Positions 40,253 through 51,900 of a stretch of 64,000 bases of DNA are shown here, in pieces. Each line of letters starts with the position of its first letter. The stretch's first letter is position 1. The notes beneath the pieces are model-generated. The model was not told the DNA's origin. It did no database searches and worked only from the letters and a program-made list of their open reading frames with translations. This DNA is from Desulfosudaceae bacterium (lineage in GTDB: Bacteria; Desulfobacterota; Desulfobacteria; Desulfobacterales; Desulfosudaceae), in NCBI GenBank assembly GCA_963674745.2, contig CAXXDV010000001.1, positions 1,632,001 to 1,696,000 of the forward strand. The letters are read 5' to 3'. Made by a program: the position numbers and the translations under genes.

Positions 40253-42910
40253 TCAGTTGTTGTTAACAGGATTTATTTTAGAAAAAAGGTCGTTTAAAAC
40301 ATTTTTGATGGCTTTTTCCAGGGCTTCGATTTGCTCCGGCGCGTCAAGCCGCTGGCCGTCCCTGTCACGCACATAAAAGACGTCAACGACCTGGTCGACT
40401 TTAGTGCCGATTTTGGCAACCCATACATCCAGACCGTATCGGAATAAAGTGTCGGTGATATGGAACAGCAGTCCCGGGCAATCATTGGTGAATACTTCAA
40501 TGATGGTAAAAAATCCGGATGTATCATTGTCAATGACTACACGGTGGGGCCGATTGGCAACACAACCATAGCGTTTCAAGTCGATTTGCTTCTCAGATAA
40601 TGTCTGCGTGAGATCCAGTTCATTGTTCAGAATCGACCGCAGTTGTTCCGCTGTTTTTTTCCAGTACAGATCCTCGTAAATCTGATCCGCTGGCGGCCGG
40701 AGCGTGAAAATGTCCAGCGCGATATCATTTTTCCAGGTGTAAATTTCAGCTTCCAGGATATCAATATTATTGATTGTAAAAGCGCCGGCTATTTTGGAAA
40801 AAAGGCCGGGCTGGTCCTTGGCGCAGATCGTTACCGTACGGGTCTGGGTGTTGCTGCCATGGCTGATTTTCCAGACAAACGGTTGTTCTTTTAATTGTTG
40901 TGCAAGCCTCATATGGTCGATGATGGCCTGTTCTTCCATATAGAGAAAATATCGCGGTGAAAGGACTTTCAGGTGAGCCTCAAGCAGGTCTTTCTCCTGG
41001 CCGGTGCCGGCTGATGCCAGCAGCAGCTGTTTTTTCTGCTCGACCGTTTCAACCGCCTGCTGAGAGGCCAGCTCGCCTTTTTCAAGAATATGAAGCACTT
41101 TAAAAAACAGGTCCCGCAGCAGTTGGGCCGTCCAGTCATTCCAGGCCTTGGGGCCGGTCGCCATGGAGTCGGCCACTGTCAGCAGGTAAAGCATTTTCAG
41201 TCGTTTAATATCCTTGATTTTCCGGGCGCAGAAGATGGCGGTTTCTTCATCGTTGGTATCCCGCCGGGTAGCGATTTTTACCAGAAAAAGATGGTTTTTG
41301 ATGAGAAACTTTACGGTGTCGACCTGTTCCGCGGAATAACCCATATTCTTTAGAATACGGGCGGCCATTCGCGCGCCCCTTTCCGAATGACCGCCGCCGG
41401 ACTTCCCCTTGCCGATATCATGCAGCAGTGTCGCCCAGAGCAGAATCGGTTTCAGTTTGCCGATTTCCCGGAACAGGTCCGCCAGTAAGGGGTTGGGGCC
41501 GGTTTTTCCGGAAAATGTTTTCATTATCCGGACGGTACGGAGGGAGTGCCGGTCAATGGGATAAAGATGGTATCCGTCAAACTGGATGCGGTTTTTGATT
41601 GATTTTACGGCCGGTATAAACCGTTCCAGAAATCCGGTCTGCAGCATTTCATTGAGCACATTAAATGTCGTGGCCGGGGTTTTTAAAATCTGTTCGAAAA
41701 CTTTTACGTTGTCCGGATTTGCCCGGAAATGTTTGTCGATCAGGTATGAAAATTCCTTTATCACCCTTCGGGCTTCCCAGCTTAAAGTCAGCTTCAATTT
41801 TGCGCTTTCATGGAAAATTTTCAGCAGTAAATCCGGCTGTCGTGGAATATACTCCGTGGCAGCAAATCCGATCTGATTGCCCTCAATTTGCAAACCTTTT
41901 ACTTCCGTGGATTTGCGATAGGCAATTTTCAGTAAAGATGGACGGGAAGCGGTCGCATCAGCAAGAAAAACCAGGTTGGTCTGTTTAATATAGGCCATTT
42001 CCGAGTGCAGTTTTCCCAGAAAACGTTCCACTGCCGGTTGTTCGCTGGTATCGCTGAACTTGAGCTGTGAAGCCAGTGTTTGTTGATGCTCAAAATAAAG
42101 CTGGTCAAATTTCCGTCGGGTCAGATGGTGAAGATGATTTCTGACGTTCCAGATAAACGATAACGCCTTGTTCAACTGTTCAAACTCGTCGCAGGACAGA
42201 TAGCCGAGGAATTCCAGGTCGCGGGGCTGAATGATTTTAGACTGAACCCGGGCAATCCATAAAATGGTATGATAATCCCTCAGTCCGCCCTGGCCGTCTT
42301 TGAGGTTCGGTTCCAGGAGATAACTGGAGTCGCCGAACTTGGCATGACGGTCGTGACTGCTCTGGATCAGCGCGTTCACAACTTTACGGGCCCGTCCACC
42401 GGTCAGGTTCTGGTTCAGCCGCTCCCGGAGCTGGGCGTAAAGCATGGACATGCCACATAAAAAACGGGCATCCAGCAGAGCGGTCATGACGTCGATATCA
42501 TCGGCTGCCAGTCGCAAACAATCTTTTATGGATCGGGTGGCGTGACCGACCTCAAACCCCATATCCCATAAAGGATAGAGGATTTCCCGAATCAACTGTT
42601 CCGCCTCTGTTGGGACCGTTTTTTCAAACAGCAGAAGAATATCGATGTCTGAATGAAGGCATTGCTCCTGTCGTCCGTAACCGCCCAGGGCGATCATGGC
42701 ATATGGCTGCTTGTGAAACTGCATTTGCGGACCGATTTGGCTGCTTTCAAAGCTGTCGATAAAATACTGGTCCAGAAGAGCCGTATGTTTGAGCAGAAAA
42801 TCGGATGTCTTCCCCTTGTCAAAAAAACCGGAGAAAAGACGGTTCCTTTCTTCCGCCAGGCGGATAGATGCATCGCTTCTGTTGATGGTGCTTTTAGCGG
42901 GTTCAGTCAT
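40253..42910 (-). CDS. glnD: PII uridylyltransferase/uridylyl-removing enzyme
   Basis: ALGGYGR...HSDIDIL, LEPNLKDGQGGLRD, LLHDIGKG...HS (HD domain), two ACT domains (DQPGLF, DCPGLL, VVDVFYV); start set at ATG 42910, downstream of the sigma54 promoter. Confidence 0.95.
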   Translation of the reverse strand: MTEPAKSTINRSDASIRLAEERNRLFSGFFDKGKTSDFLLKHTALLDQYFIDSFESSQIGPQMQFHKQPYAMIALGGYGRQEQCLHSDIDILLLFEKTVPTEAEQLIREILYPLWDMGFEVGHATRSIKDCLRLAADDIDVMTALLDARFLCGMSMLYAQLRERLNQNLTGGRARKVVNALIQSSHDRHAKFGDSSYLLEPNLKDGQGGLRDYHTILWIARVQSKIIQPRDLEFLGYLSCDEFEQLNKALSFIWNVRNHLHHLTRRKFDQLYFEHQQTLASQLKFSDTSEQPAVERFLGKLHSEMAYIKQTNLVFLADATASRPSLLKIAYRKSTEVKGLQIEGNQIGFAATEYIPRQPDLLLKIFHESAKLKLTLSWEARRVIKEFSYLIDKHFRANPDNVKVFEQILKTPATTFNVLNEMLQTGFLERFIPAVKSIKNRIQFDGYHLYPIDRHSLRTVRIMKTFSGKTGPNPLLADLFREIGKLKPILLWATLLHDIGKGKSGGGHSERGARMAARILKNMGYSAEQVDTVKFLIKNHLFLVKIATRRDTNDEETAIFCARKIKDIKRLKMLYLLTVADSMATGPKAWNDWTAQLLRDLFFKVLHILEKGELASQQAVETVEQKKQLLLASAGTGQEKDLLEAHLKVLSPRYFLYMEEQAIIDHMRLAQQLKEQPFVWKISHGSNTQTRTVTICAKDQPGLFSKIAGAFTINNIDILEAEIYTWKNDIALDIFTLRPPADQIYEDLYWKKTAEQLRSILNNELDLTQTLSEKQIDLKRYGCVANRPHRVVIDNDTSGFFTIIEVFTNDCPGLLFHITDTLFRYGLDVWVAKIGTKVDQVVDVFYVRDRDGQRLDAPEQIEALEKAIKNVLNDLFSKINPVNNN

Positions 42911-42922
42911 ACCGAAACTTTT

Positions 42923-42937
42923 GCAACAGATGTGCCA
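42923..42937 (-). promoter_or_regulatory. Sigma54 promoter of glnD(-amt3-glnK3)
   Basis: Minus strand TGGCACATCTGTTGC. Confidence 0.85.
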
Positions 42938-43013
42938 ACGATATAACCATATAAAATTATGAATTAAATTATGGCAATGGGGTCGGGGTCGATGAATTCT
43001 ATGTGAAAAAAAA

Positions 43014-43112
43014 ACAATTTTGTCCTTTTTTAAGAAAACATTCAAGTTTGATTGCATTTTTACGGCAAAACCGCTAAGAATACAAAAATGAATGCTTTTA
43101 TCACAAATTTGT
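43014..43112. promoter_or_regulatory. ACA-N4-TGT boxes in the glnD/activator divergent region
   Basis: ACAATTTTGT 43014-43023; ACAAATTTGT 43103-43112; variants at 43038 and 43082. Confidence 0.6.
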
Positions 43113-43129
43113 AGATTTCGGGAACGGTT

Positions 43130-44659
43130 ATGAAAATGAAAGAAATAGAAAAAATTACCCTTTTCTATGATATCAGCAAGGCGCTCAATGAACATCTGGA
43201 TCTGGAGAAACCGTTATATAGCGTGATGGCTATCCTGGCCGACCAGATGGACATGGTGCACGGCACCATCGCCATTTTGAATCCCTTGCGGGATGAAATC
43301 AGCATGGAAGTGGCTCACGGCATATCCAAAAGCGCCATGCAAAAAGGGAAATATAAATTAGGTGAAGGCATTATCGGCGAGGTCATTCGGACCGGCAAGC
43401 CGGTCGAGGTGGCTAAAATAAGTGAAGAGCCCCGTTTTCTTAATCGTACCCAGGCCCGCCAGGGTAAAGAACAACAGGAAGTTTCGTTTATCTGTGTTCC
43501 CATCAAAAAAGGGCGGCAGGTGATCGGCGCCTTAAGCGTTGATAAGCCATACAACCCCAAATATTCGCTGGCTGAAGGCGTTAAGCTGCTTTCGGTGGTG
43601 GCCACCATGATCGCCCAGCATGTGGTCAACCTGGAAAATATCCGGGCTGAAAAAGAGCGGCTGGAGGATGAAAATAAACGGCTGCGGGATGAACTGGAAC
43701 GCAAATACAGTTTTTCCAGTATTATCGGTAACAGCAATAAAATGCGGGAAGTCTTTCAGATGGTGTCCCGGGTGTGCCGGAGCAATGCCACCGTGATTTT
43801 AAGAGGTGAAAGCGGCACCGGCAAGGAACTGGTGGCCAGCGCGATTCATTATAACAGCGAGCGGGCCGATCGGCCGTTTGTCAAGGTCAACTGTGCCGCC
43901 ATCCCCGAGAATCTGCTGGAAAGCGAGCTGTTCGGTCATGAAAAAGGGGCTTTTACCGGCGCTGTCCGCCAGGTTCAGGGAAAGTTCGAAGTCGCCCATA
44001 AGGGGACGCTGTTTTTAGATGAGATCGGGTCCATGAACCTGGATGCCCAGGCCAAACTGTTGCGGGTGCTTCAGGAAAGGGAGTTCGAGCGGGTGGGCAG
44101 TCATCGGACCATTAAAATCGATGTACGGGTGATCGCGGCCACCAACAAGAACCTGGAGGCGGCGGTCGAGGAAAACACCTTCCGGGCCGACCTGTACTAC
44201 CGGCTGTGTGTCTTTCCCGTCTACCTCCCCCCCCTGCGGGAACGGAAAACCGATATCTCACTGCTTGCCGAGTTTTTTCTGGAGAAATACGCCGGCGAGA
44301 ACAAAAAGAAAATAAAACGATTGTCAACACCAGCCATTGATATGCTCATGAGTTATCACTGGCCCGGCAATGTCCGGGAACTGGAAAACTGTATTGAGCG
44401 GGCGGTATTGATGTGTGACGGCGGGGTAATCCACAGTTACCACCTGCCGCCGACCCTGCAGACCGGCGAACAGTCCAATACCCTGCCTAACCGGACGTTG
44501 GAAGATGCGGTTGCCACGGTGGAACAGGAAATGATTATCGATGCCCTAAAGCATACCCGGGGCAATGCCCTGCGGGCGGCCGAGATGCTGGGCACAACCG
44601 TGCGTAAATTTTCCTACAAAGCCAAAAAATACAGTGTCAATTATAAAAATTACAGGTAG
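43130..44659 (+). CDS. NifA-like sigma54-dependent activator (GAF, AAA+, HTH)
   Basis: GAF ([14 protein letters not shown]), [43 protein letters not shown]-terminal Fis-type HTH; no receiver domain. Confidence 0.93.
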   Translation: MKMKEIEKITLFYDISKALNEHLDLEKPLYSVMAILADQMDMVHGTIAILNPLRDEISMEVAHGISKSAMQKGKYKLGEGIIGEVIRTGKPVEVAKISEEPRFLNRTQARQGKEQQEVSFICVPIKKGRQVIGALSVDKPYNPKYSLAEGVKLLSVVATMIAQHVVNLENIRAEKERLEDENKRLRDELERKYSFSSIIGNSNKMREVFQMVSRVCRSNATVILRGESGTGKELVASAIHYNSERADRPFVKVNCAAIPENLLESELFGHEKGAFTGAVRQVQGKFEVAHKGTLFLDEIGSMNLDAQAKLLRVLQEREFERVGSHRTIKIDVRVIAATNKNLEAAVEENTFRADLYYRLCVFPVYLPPLRERKTDISLLAEFFLEKYAGENKKKIKRLSTPAIDMLMSYHWPGNVRELENCIERAVLMCDGGVIHSYHLPPTLQTGEQSNTLPNRTLEDAVATVEQEMIIDALKHTRGNALRAAEMLGTTVRKFSYKAKKYSVNYKNYR

Positions 44660-44691
44660 CCGGGTTGATGAGGGGCAGGATGTTCCATCAA

Positions 44692-46071
44692 TCAGGTTGA
44701 TGTTAACCGTAATCTTGTGGTGTTTGCCTCCTGGCGCCTCCTGGTGTTCACCTTTTCGTTCAGCATCCTGGCGTTGTCCATGAGCACCTGGGCCATTTTC
44801 CCCAGTTCCCGGGCAACCGAGGAGTTGCCTTCGGTGTTTGCGCTGAGCTGCTCCATGCGGGTGTCGATCTCTTGAATTCCCCGGTTCTGTTCATGAGAGG
44901 CGCTGTAGATTTCCTGGACCAGCTCGGCTGTTTTTTTCGCGTTTGGAATGATTTCCATGAAGAGTTCTCCGGAGGCGTCGGCTATTTTAGTGCTTTCCGA
45001 TGCCAGGGCATTGATCTCTTGAGATGCGCTTCGTGTTTTTTCGGCCAGCTGTCGCACCTCGCCGGCCACCACTGCAAACCCCTTGCCGTGCTCCCCGGCA
45101 CGGGCCGCCTCAATAGCGGCATTTAAAGCCAGCAGGTTGGTCTGGTTGGCAATGCCGTCGATGATGCTGATTTTTTTGCTTATGCGGCGCAGCGCTTCCA
45201 TGGTTTCCTGAAAGACGACACCACCTTCATCTGTTCGTTGGGCCGTTTGGTTTGCGATGCGTTCGGTCTGTCGGGCGTTGTCTGCGTTTGTGGATACGGC
45301 TGAGCGGATCTCTTCTATAAACAATGACACCTCTTCCACGCTGGCTGCCTGGCGGGCAGTGCCGTCCCGCAGATCGTTGGCTGTCTTCATGAGCTCCCCG
45401 GCCGACCGGGTCAATCCCTGGGCCACCTGTTCGATGGACTGAAGGATGTCGGTCAGAACATCTTTCTGCCGTCGGTCTTTTTCCGCTTCACGTTTCATAT
45501 TCTTTAAGGAGCTGCTGGAAATGGCGATGATGGCGTTGGAAATAACATAGATGAGCACCAGTGTGATCAGAAAATAGCTGGTGGTCTTGGTAACGTAAAA
45601 AATCAGGTCCGGGTCCAACAGCGGCCTGGTTCTGGAAAAATATACCAGCCACCCGGTGATGAAAAAGCCGGTAATGATGGTCAGTACGGTCCGGGTGGCA
45701 AACAGGGCCGCCATGACAATTACCAGGTAGGTAAAATGCAGAATCCCGGCAAACATATCGATGCTGCCGGGAGCCCGGTGGATGTAGAAAAGAATGAGCA
45801 GTGTCAGGAAAATTACCAGGAAGTGGGCCGCGAAAAAATAATTGCCGGTCCGCATGATGAACAGCACGATACAGAAAGCGCTGATCGCGACGATATAAGC
45901 GATCAGGGACGCCAACGGATCTTGACTAAGGCCCAAGGGCAGTGTGACGGTCGCGATCAGGAAAAACAACACCACAAAGGTTATGGCAACGTACATCAGG
46001 GCCGTTGCTTTTTGTCGCATAAGATAGGATGCGTCGTCATACCTGCTTAAGAAAAAGGTTTTATAATCCAT
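44692..46071 (-). CDS. Methyl-accepting chemotaxis protein with a multi-TM sensor region
   Basis: [38 protein letters not shown]; about six N-terminal TM helices. Confidence 0.93.
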   Translation of the reverse strand: MDYKTFFLSRYDDASYLMRQKATALMYVAITFVVLFFLIATVTLPLGLSQDPLASLIAYIVAISAFCIVLFIMRTGNYFFAAHFLVIFLTLLILFYIHRAPGSIDMFAGILHFTYLVIVMAALFATRTVLTIITGFFITGWLVYFSRTRPLLDPDLIFYVTKTTSYFLITLVLIYVISNAIIAISSSSLKNMKREAEKDRRQKDVLTDILQSIEQVAQGLTRSAGELMKTANDLRDGTARQAASVEEVSLFIEEIRSAVSTNADNARQTERIANQTAQRTDEGGVVFQETMEALRRISKKISIIDGIANQTNLLALNAAIEAARAGEHGKGFAVVAGEVRQLAEKTRSASQEINALASESTKIADASGELFMEIIPNAKKTAELVQEIYSASHEQNRGIQEIDTRMEQLSANTEGNSSVARELGKMAQVLMDNARMLNEKVNTRRRQEANTTRLRLTST

Positions 46072-46237
46072 TCCAAGCCTCCGCGGTTATTTGCAAATAC
46101 TTAAATGATAGCACATGAAAGGATACCTGCAACAGGAAAGCGGGAATCGGCCCGTCAATATTTTTATCCCGGATCGGGAAGTGATGCGCGGGCCGGGTCA
46201 GACCGTCTATCATCGATGTTGATGCTTTATGGAACCG

Positions 46238-47821
46238 TTATTTAACGGCGGCGATAGCCTCCGCCAAGGGCGCGTACTCTTTACCCAGGGTTTGTAAAAT
46301 TTTCCGGGTTTCGGCCGTTAATCCCGGCCAGGCGGCTTTAATGGTCATCAGGTCGATGTATGGCAGGGCGGCCAGTATTTGACGCTTTTCTATCTTTCCG
46401 ATCAGCCGGTTGAGGGCCTGTGGCTTCATAGCGCCGGCAACATGGGCCATGGCTTCCGGTGAAAGATGGCGGGAAATGCGGATCATTTTTTCATTATCGG
46501 CCTTTTCCATGATGCGGGCGATGGCTTCAGGGGGATAATGGGCGGCCAGGCGGGCGGCCTTCTCCGGATCAAGGCGGTTGAGCATGCTGAGCTGTCGGTC
46601 CACATCCATTCCCCTGCCCACAACAGCGGCCAGTTCATAATCATTGCTGTCGGAAAGCAGGCCCATGAAATCAAGCAGGTAATCATCGGAAAGAGCCATG
46701 GCCGTGTTGACGATTTTTTCTTTGTGCTTCATGTGTCTTGCGATTTCAATCAGGCTGGCCGGGGCATTGATTTTTTCTGCCATCGCTTTAAGCGTTTCAA
46801 CGTCCAGTGCGTCTGAAAATTCGGCAACTACTTGATACTGTTTGTTTTTGATTAAAATATGGCTGACATCCAGTAGCTGTTGTTCCGAAATGCCGGCAAT
46901 GGTTTCATCCATGGTGTCGCCCATAATGCGGGCGATGGTTCCAGGCGGGTAATGGGCAGCCAGGCGGGCGGCTTTTTCCGGTTCAAGGCGGTTGAGCATC
47001 CGGACCTGACGGCTCACTTCCAGTTCCGCCCCTACTGCCGCCGCCAGCTGATAATCATCATCACTGGAAAGCAGGTTCAAAAAACCGAACAGGTAATCAT
47101 CAGAAAGCCCTATGGCGGTTTGAACGGCATTGTCGCGATTTTTCATTTTACGGGCGATGGCAATCAGGGTGGCCGGATCATCGATTTTTTCAGATACGTC
47201 TCTCAGCTTTTCAACGCTCAGGCCATCGGAAAACTTGGCCACCACCCGGTACTCTTCCCTGGAAAACAGGATGCGGGTAATTTCGACCAGATCTTTGTCC
47301 GGCAACCCCTCCACGACAGCGATGACCTTATCCGGATCCTGGTAAACCGCAACATCTGCCAGAAAAGCCGGTTCCAGGTGTTTGGCAATGGCAATCGCTT
47401 TTTTTACGGATACTTTGTCGGAAATCCGGGCCACGGTAGCCGGTTCCAATTTATCTGCAAACTGGGCGCTGATAAAGGCCGGTACAAAACCGGAAACAAT
47501 GGCCATAATGGAGACCGTAACGCCGGCTTCGTCATCCACCCGTTGTTTGATCATTCTGGCCAGTTCCCGCTGTTCGTTCGGGGTCAGCCGGGAGAGAAAC
47601 GCATAGCGCGACCGATCGTTTACCGCCAGGATGCTTTCCAGGTCCGGATCAAAATAAAGCGTGCCCGACTTTTCTTCCGTATTTAATGATTTGTCCGGTG
47701 TGATGCGTTCTGTTCCAACCGAAAAGGCTTCCTGTTCGGTATCGTCGGCATAAGCGGCAGAGATAAAGAAGGAAAGAAAAAGAAGTAAAAAAATACAGAC
47801 AAATTGTGTGTCACGTCGCAT
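46238..47821 (-). CDS. Secreted alpha-helical protein with an internal duplication of about 135 aa
   Basis: Signal peptide ending AYA; two copies of FSD.L.VE.L...LSDDYL..F..LLS...DY.LAA.VG...MLNRL.PEKAARLAAHYPP..IARIM. Confidence 0.75.
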   Translation of the reverse strand: MRRDTQFVCIFLLLFLSFFISAAYADDTEQEAFSVGTERITPDKSLNTEEKSGTLYFDPDLESILAVNDRSRYAFLSRLTPNEQRELARMIKQRVDDEAGVTVSIMAIVSGFVPAFISAQFADKLEPATVARISDKVSVKKAIAIAKHLEPAFLADVAVYQDPDKVIAVVEGLPDKDLVEITRILFSREEYRVVAKFSDGLSVEKLRDVSEKIDDPATLIAIARKMKNRDNAVQTAIGLSDDYLFGFLNLLSSDDDYQLAAAVGAELEVSRQVRMLNRLEPEKAARLAAHYPPGTIARIMGDTMDETIAGISEQQLLDVSHILIKNKQYQVVAEFSDALDVETLKAMAEKINAPASLIEIARHMKHKEKIVNTAMALSDDYLLDFMGLLSDSNDYELAAVVGRGMDVDRQLSMLNRLDPEKAARLAAHYPPEAIARIMEKADNEKMIRISRHLSPEAMAHVAGAMKPQALNRLIGKIEKRQILAALPYIDLMTIKAAWPGLTAETRKILQTLGKEYAPLAEAIAAVK

Positions 47822-48015
47822 GGGAATCTCCTTTTCTCTTAAAAGTCGGATATGTAAAAAGCTGATACAGCAGCATAAACGATCGTTTTCTTGTTAACGG
47901 GGAGTGGGGCATGATGGCATGTATTAAGAAGGAATGCCGGTTACTTGTCAATGTTTTTGTACAGTTGTTTGAAAAAACAGCGTCGTTTATAATTAATGAA
48001 AAATTTAAAAAAGCC

Positions 48016-48065
48016 TTGCAATTAATTTTTTTGGCTCCATAATTGGTATGATGGTAGTACCAATT
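48016..48065 (+). promoter_or_regulatory. Sigma70 promoter with an overlapping FadR-family operator
   Basis: TTGCAA, 16-nt spacer, CATAAT; AATTGGTA-N9-TACCAATT (48041-48065) containing TGGTAGTACCA, matching TGGT-N3-ACCA. Confidence 0.72.
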
Positions 48066-48169
48066 TTAAGCAGGTTTAATTTTAACCGCTATTTCATGAT
48101 AGCGATATCACCCGCGGTTCCGGTGTCAAATAACGCCGGGCAGCGGGATTAAAAAGATAAGGAACTGCA

Positions 48170-48889
48170 ATGACACCCAAACTGATACCGGTTGAAAAAC
48201 GAAAGGCGCCCGAGCAGATAGCGGAAATGTTGATGAAATATATATTGCAGGGTGGTGTTCGGCCCGGTGATAAATTGCCCGCGGAAAGAACCCTGTCGGC
48301 ACAGCTGAATGTTACCCGGGCCACGCTGCGGGAAGCGCTCAAAAAGTTGGAACAATTGAAATTGATAACCATTCACCAGGGCAAAGGCATTATCGTCCAG
48401 GATTTTCATAAAGCCTCCATCGATTTGATTTTTTCGTTAATGGTGATCGACGGTGAGATCGACCTGAACATTCTTGAAAATATCATGGAGGCCAGGAAAC
48501 TTTTCGGCAGCCATGTGGCCAGGCTGGCGGCCAGGCGGGCCGAGGAAAAAGATAAAAGTAAAATGCGGGCGCTGATGAAAAAAATGGAAAAGACAAGTGA
48601 TCCTAAGGCACTGCAGCAACTTGACATGGAGTTTTTTCATCTGCTCGCGGAAGCCAGTAAAAACATGGTTTTTATCCTTTTGATGAATACTATAAAAACC
48701 ATTCATAACAGTTATCTCGATCTTTTTCTGCCGCTTTCCGCGCATTCGAGCACAAATTTGAAGCAGGAAATATTACAAGCCGTTTTAAATGGTGATGAGG
48801 ATAAAGCCGCCAAACGAGCTGGTGAATTCCTTCAGTCCGGCCTGGATTTGCTTGACACACTCAAGTTTGATGAACTGAAAAACGCTTAA
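48170..48889 (+). CDS. GntR family regulator, FadR subfamily
   Basis: PGDKLPAERTLSAQLNVTRATLREALKKL, HQGKG; FCD domain DMEFFHLLAEASKN. Confidence 0.93.
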   Translation: MTPKLIPVEKRKAPEQIAEMLMKYILQGGVRPGDKLPAERTLSAQLNVTRATLREALKKLEQLKLITIHQGKGIIVQDFHKASIDLIFSLMVIDGEIDLNILENIMEARKLFGSHVARLAARRAEEKDKSKMRALMKKMEKTSDPKALQQLDMEFFHLLAEASKNMVFILLMNTIKTIHNSYLDLFLPLSAHSSTNLKQEILQAVLNGDEDKAAKRAGEFLQSGLDLLDTLKFDELKNA

Positions 48890-48961
48890 CCCGAGCTTCG
48901 CTGACCGGTTTGTTAATTATTTCGTTATTTGTAAAACAACCAAAGTAAAAGGATTTAAAAA

Positions 48962-51900
48962 ATGCTGGAGATGAACACTCAAACGGCTCAAACAATAAGT
49001 GACTATACTGTTGAAACAGGACCAAAAGACCGGTTAAAGGTTTTAAATATCCAACGTACCTGCGTTTATGACGGCCCCGGAATCCGGACAACCATTTTTT
49101 TTCAGGGTTGTGCCTTGCGATGTTTATGGTGCCAGAATCCGGAATCGCTTTCAATAAATCCTGATAAAGCCCCTGAAAAAAATTACGATACAGCCGAAAT
49201 CATGGAGGTAGTGTTACGGGATAAGGATTACTATGACGCAACCGGCGGCGGCGTCACATTAAGTGGCGGGGATCCGTTATTGCAGGATTCGGACAGTTTG
49301 ATCGAATTGATGACATTGTTGAAAAAAGAGCAGATTCTTGTCGCCGTTGAAACCGCGCTGCATGTCCCTGCCGCAAATATCGAAAAGATTGCCCCTTATG
49401 CCGACCTGTTCCTGGTCGATCTGAAAATTGTCGGAAATGATGATTTGCATAAAAAGTTAACAAAACAGGACAGCCGGCTGATTCACGACAATATTAAGCG
49501 ATTGCTCGACTTGAAAGCCAACGTGAAATTCCGCATGGTCATCGTACCGGGTTATAACGACGGTCAGGACCATATCCGGGCGGCAGCGGATTTCCTTAAG
49601 TCCATCGGGTATGACACCATTGAATTGTTGAAATATCACAATATGTATGAAGATAAGGCCAGGCGTCTGGGTCTGGTGCGCGAAGCCTTGAATATTACGG
49701 CCGAACAGAGCCTGGATGCGGTCAAGTCAGCGGTGGCTTTGTTCACCAGTCTGGGTATCCGGGCCGAATGCCTGGACCTGGCAGATTCACGGCATCAGGC
49801 GACGTTCACCTCGCGCGTGCATGAAATTCAGGATGCCATTCGAACCAGCGATCATCATTTATGCCTTGAAGTATCCCGATTGAAAACCGCATTTTACAAA
49901 AAAAACGGGTTTAAGAAACCGGCCCCCATCCATCGGGCCGAACGACTGTCGCATGTGTTGAACAACAAGCAGGTGATCGTTTATCCCCGGGAACTGCTGG
50001 TCGGCAACTTTACCTCGAAAAGAAAAGGCGGCCAGGTCTGGGAAGAGCATTACGGTATCCTCTTTACCTCGATTATCCACCAGATTCATCGCCAGAAACC
50101 GGTTTCCTTTCAGTGCTCTTTTCGCGACAAGCTGGATTTTTATTTTACAATATTTCCTTTCTGGGCCAAACGGTCCCTGATGGCCAAAGTCAACCGCAAG
50201 TTTTCCGACCTGATGCTGATGGTGGCGCGCTGTTCGGAAATGAATACCGGGTTTAACAACAATATGGCGGCCATCGCGCATTTTATCGTCAATTTCGACC
50301 GTCTCCTGGAACTGGGCACCGACGGCATCATTAAAGAAATTGAAGCCGTGCGCAACGAAAACCCCGATAAGGATCAGGACTTTTATGACGGTGCGATTAT
50401 CGCCTTGCGGGCGGTCGAGGATTTCGCGGCCCGTTATGCCGAGGCCCTTTCCGCTCAAAGCAGAGAAGAGGCGGACCCGGAACGCAGAAAAGAACTCGAA
50501 GAAATGGCCGAAATCTGCCGCTATGTCCCCAAAAATCCGGCCCGCACCTTTCATGAAGCCCTTCAGTCCATGACGTTTCTGCAGATTGCACTGTGCATCG
50601 AGTCCTATGAAAACGCGGTCTCCCATGGCCGCCTGGATCAGATTTTGTATCCCTACTACCAGCAGGACCTGGCCGACGGCCGGATTACCTACGAAAAGGC
50701 CAAAGAACTGCTGGCCCTGTACATTCTCAAAATGGATGAAGCCATCCTGGTTAATGACGGCGACACTTATCTTAGAATCGGCCGGCTGTTTGAAACCATG
50801 TCCACCGATCAGACGGTAACGGCCGGCGGGCTCGGCCGGGACGGCAAGGACGCCACCAACGATCTTACTTATATGCTGCTGGATATCTGTGAACTGCAAC
50901 CCTATGCCGTTAACATGACGGCCCGGATCCACGAGGACAGTCCGCCCGAATACCTGGAGCGGCTGGCGGAAGTATATATTAACGGTGCGCCCATGCCGGC
51001 CCTTTATAATGACGAACTGTATGTCGATACCCTGACAAAGCATTACGACACCACCGTGGAAGAAGCCAGGAACTACTCGATCATCGGCTGCGTGGAACCC
51101 AATGCCTCGGACAACCATTTCGGCAATACCGACTGTGCCAACATGAACCTGGCCCTGCCCTTTCTGCAGGCACTGAAAGGCGAGGAAAACGATTTGTGGA
51201 ATTTCGGGTTCGCCGAGCAGATGGATAGGCTGATCGCCAAGTTCATCGAATACACCTTTCGGGGAAACAACCGTTTTTCCCGGTTTGTCTCTTCAACACA
51301 CGCCAAGGCCCGCATCAACCGGAAAAAGAAACGCGCCCTGTCGTCACTGAATCCTCCGGCTGACATGGAAGATCTGCTGGAGCGCTTTCAGACCCGTTTG
51401 AATCATCTGGCATCGTCCATCCTGGCCGATCATCAGCATATCGAAGCTGTTATCCGCAAAAGTTTTCCCACGCCCCTGACCTCGGCCATGTTTAAAAGCT
51501 GTATCGAAAACGGAAAAGACGCCAACGACGGCGGCACGACGCTTAACAGCAGCGGTATCCAGGGGGTCGGGATTACGGATGTGGCGGATTCGCTTTTTGC
51601 CATTGATGAGGTGGTGTTTAAAAAACGGATGTATACCATTGACGACGTCATTCATGCCATTGAAAATGACTTTGAAGGAGAAAAAAACCGGGAGGTCCGG
51701 GAGGCATTGCTGGCCGTGAGAAAATTCGGCCACGATGATTCTGCGCAGGCCGTCGAGTGGGTCAACAAAACCCTTCAGATTTACATTAACGCATTAAACC
51801 AGGTGCCCGGCTGCCCGCGCAACGGCATTTACACCGCCGGCTACTATGCCCTGAACGTTAACGATGTTTACGGCGCCAAAACACCGGCCCTGCCTTCAGG

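Noticed and set aside
42911..43195. 95-aa N-terminal extension of glnD in the ORF track
   Set aside because: Overlaps the sigma54 promoter, enhancer boxes and the divergent activator gene; AT-rich and not protein-like
43130..44659. Naming the activator nifA
   Set aside because: No nif genes in the window and no consistent TGT-N10-ACA sites (spacings of 9 or 11 were seen); the apparent targets are assimilation genes
49859..51118. 419-aa antisense ORF, and similar long shadow ORFs such as 8994..9953, 54981..55991 and 63012..63953
   Set aside because: They lie opposite well-supported genes and show no motifs; expected shadows of GC-rich codon usage
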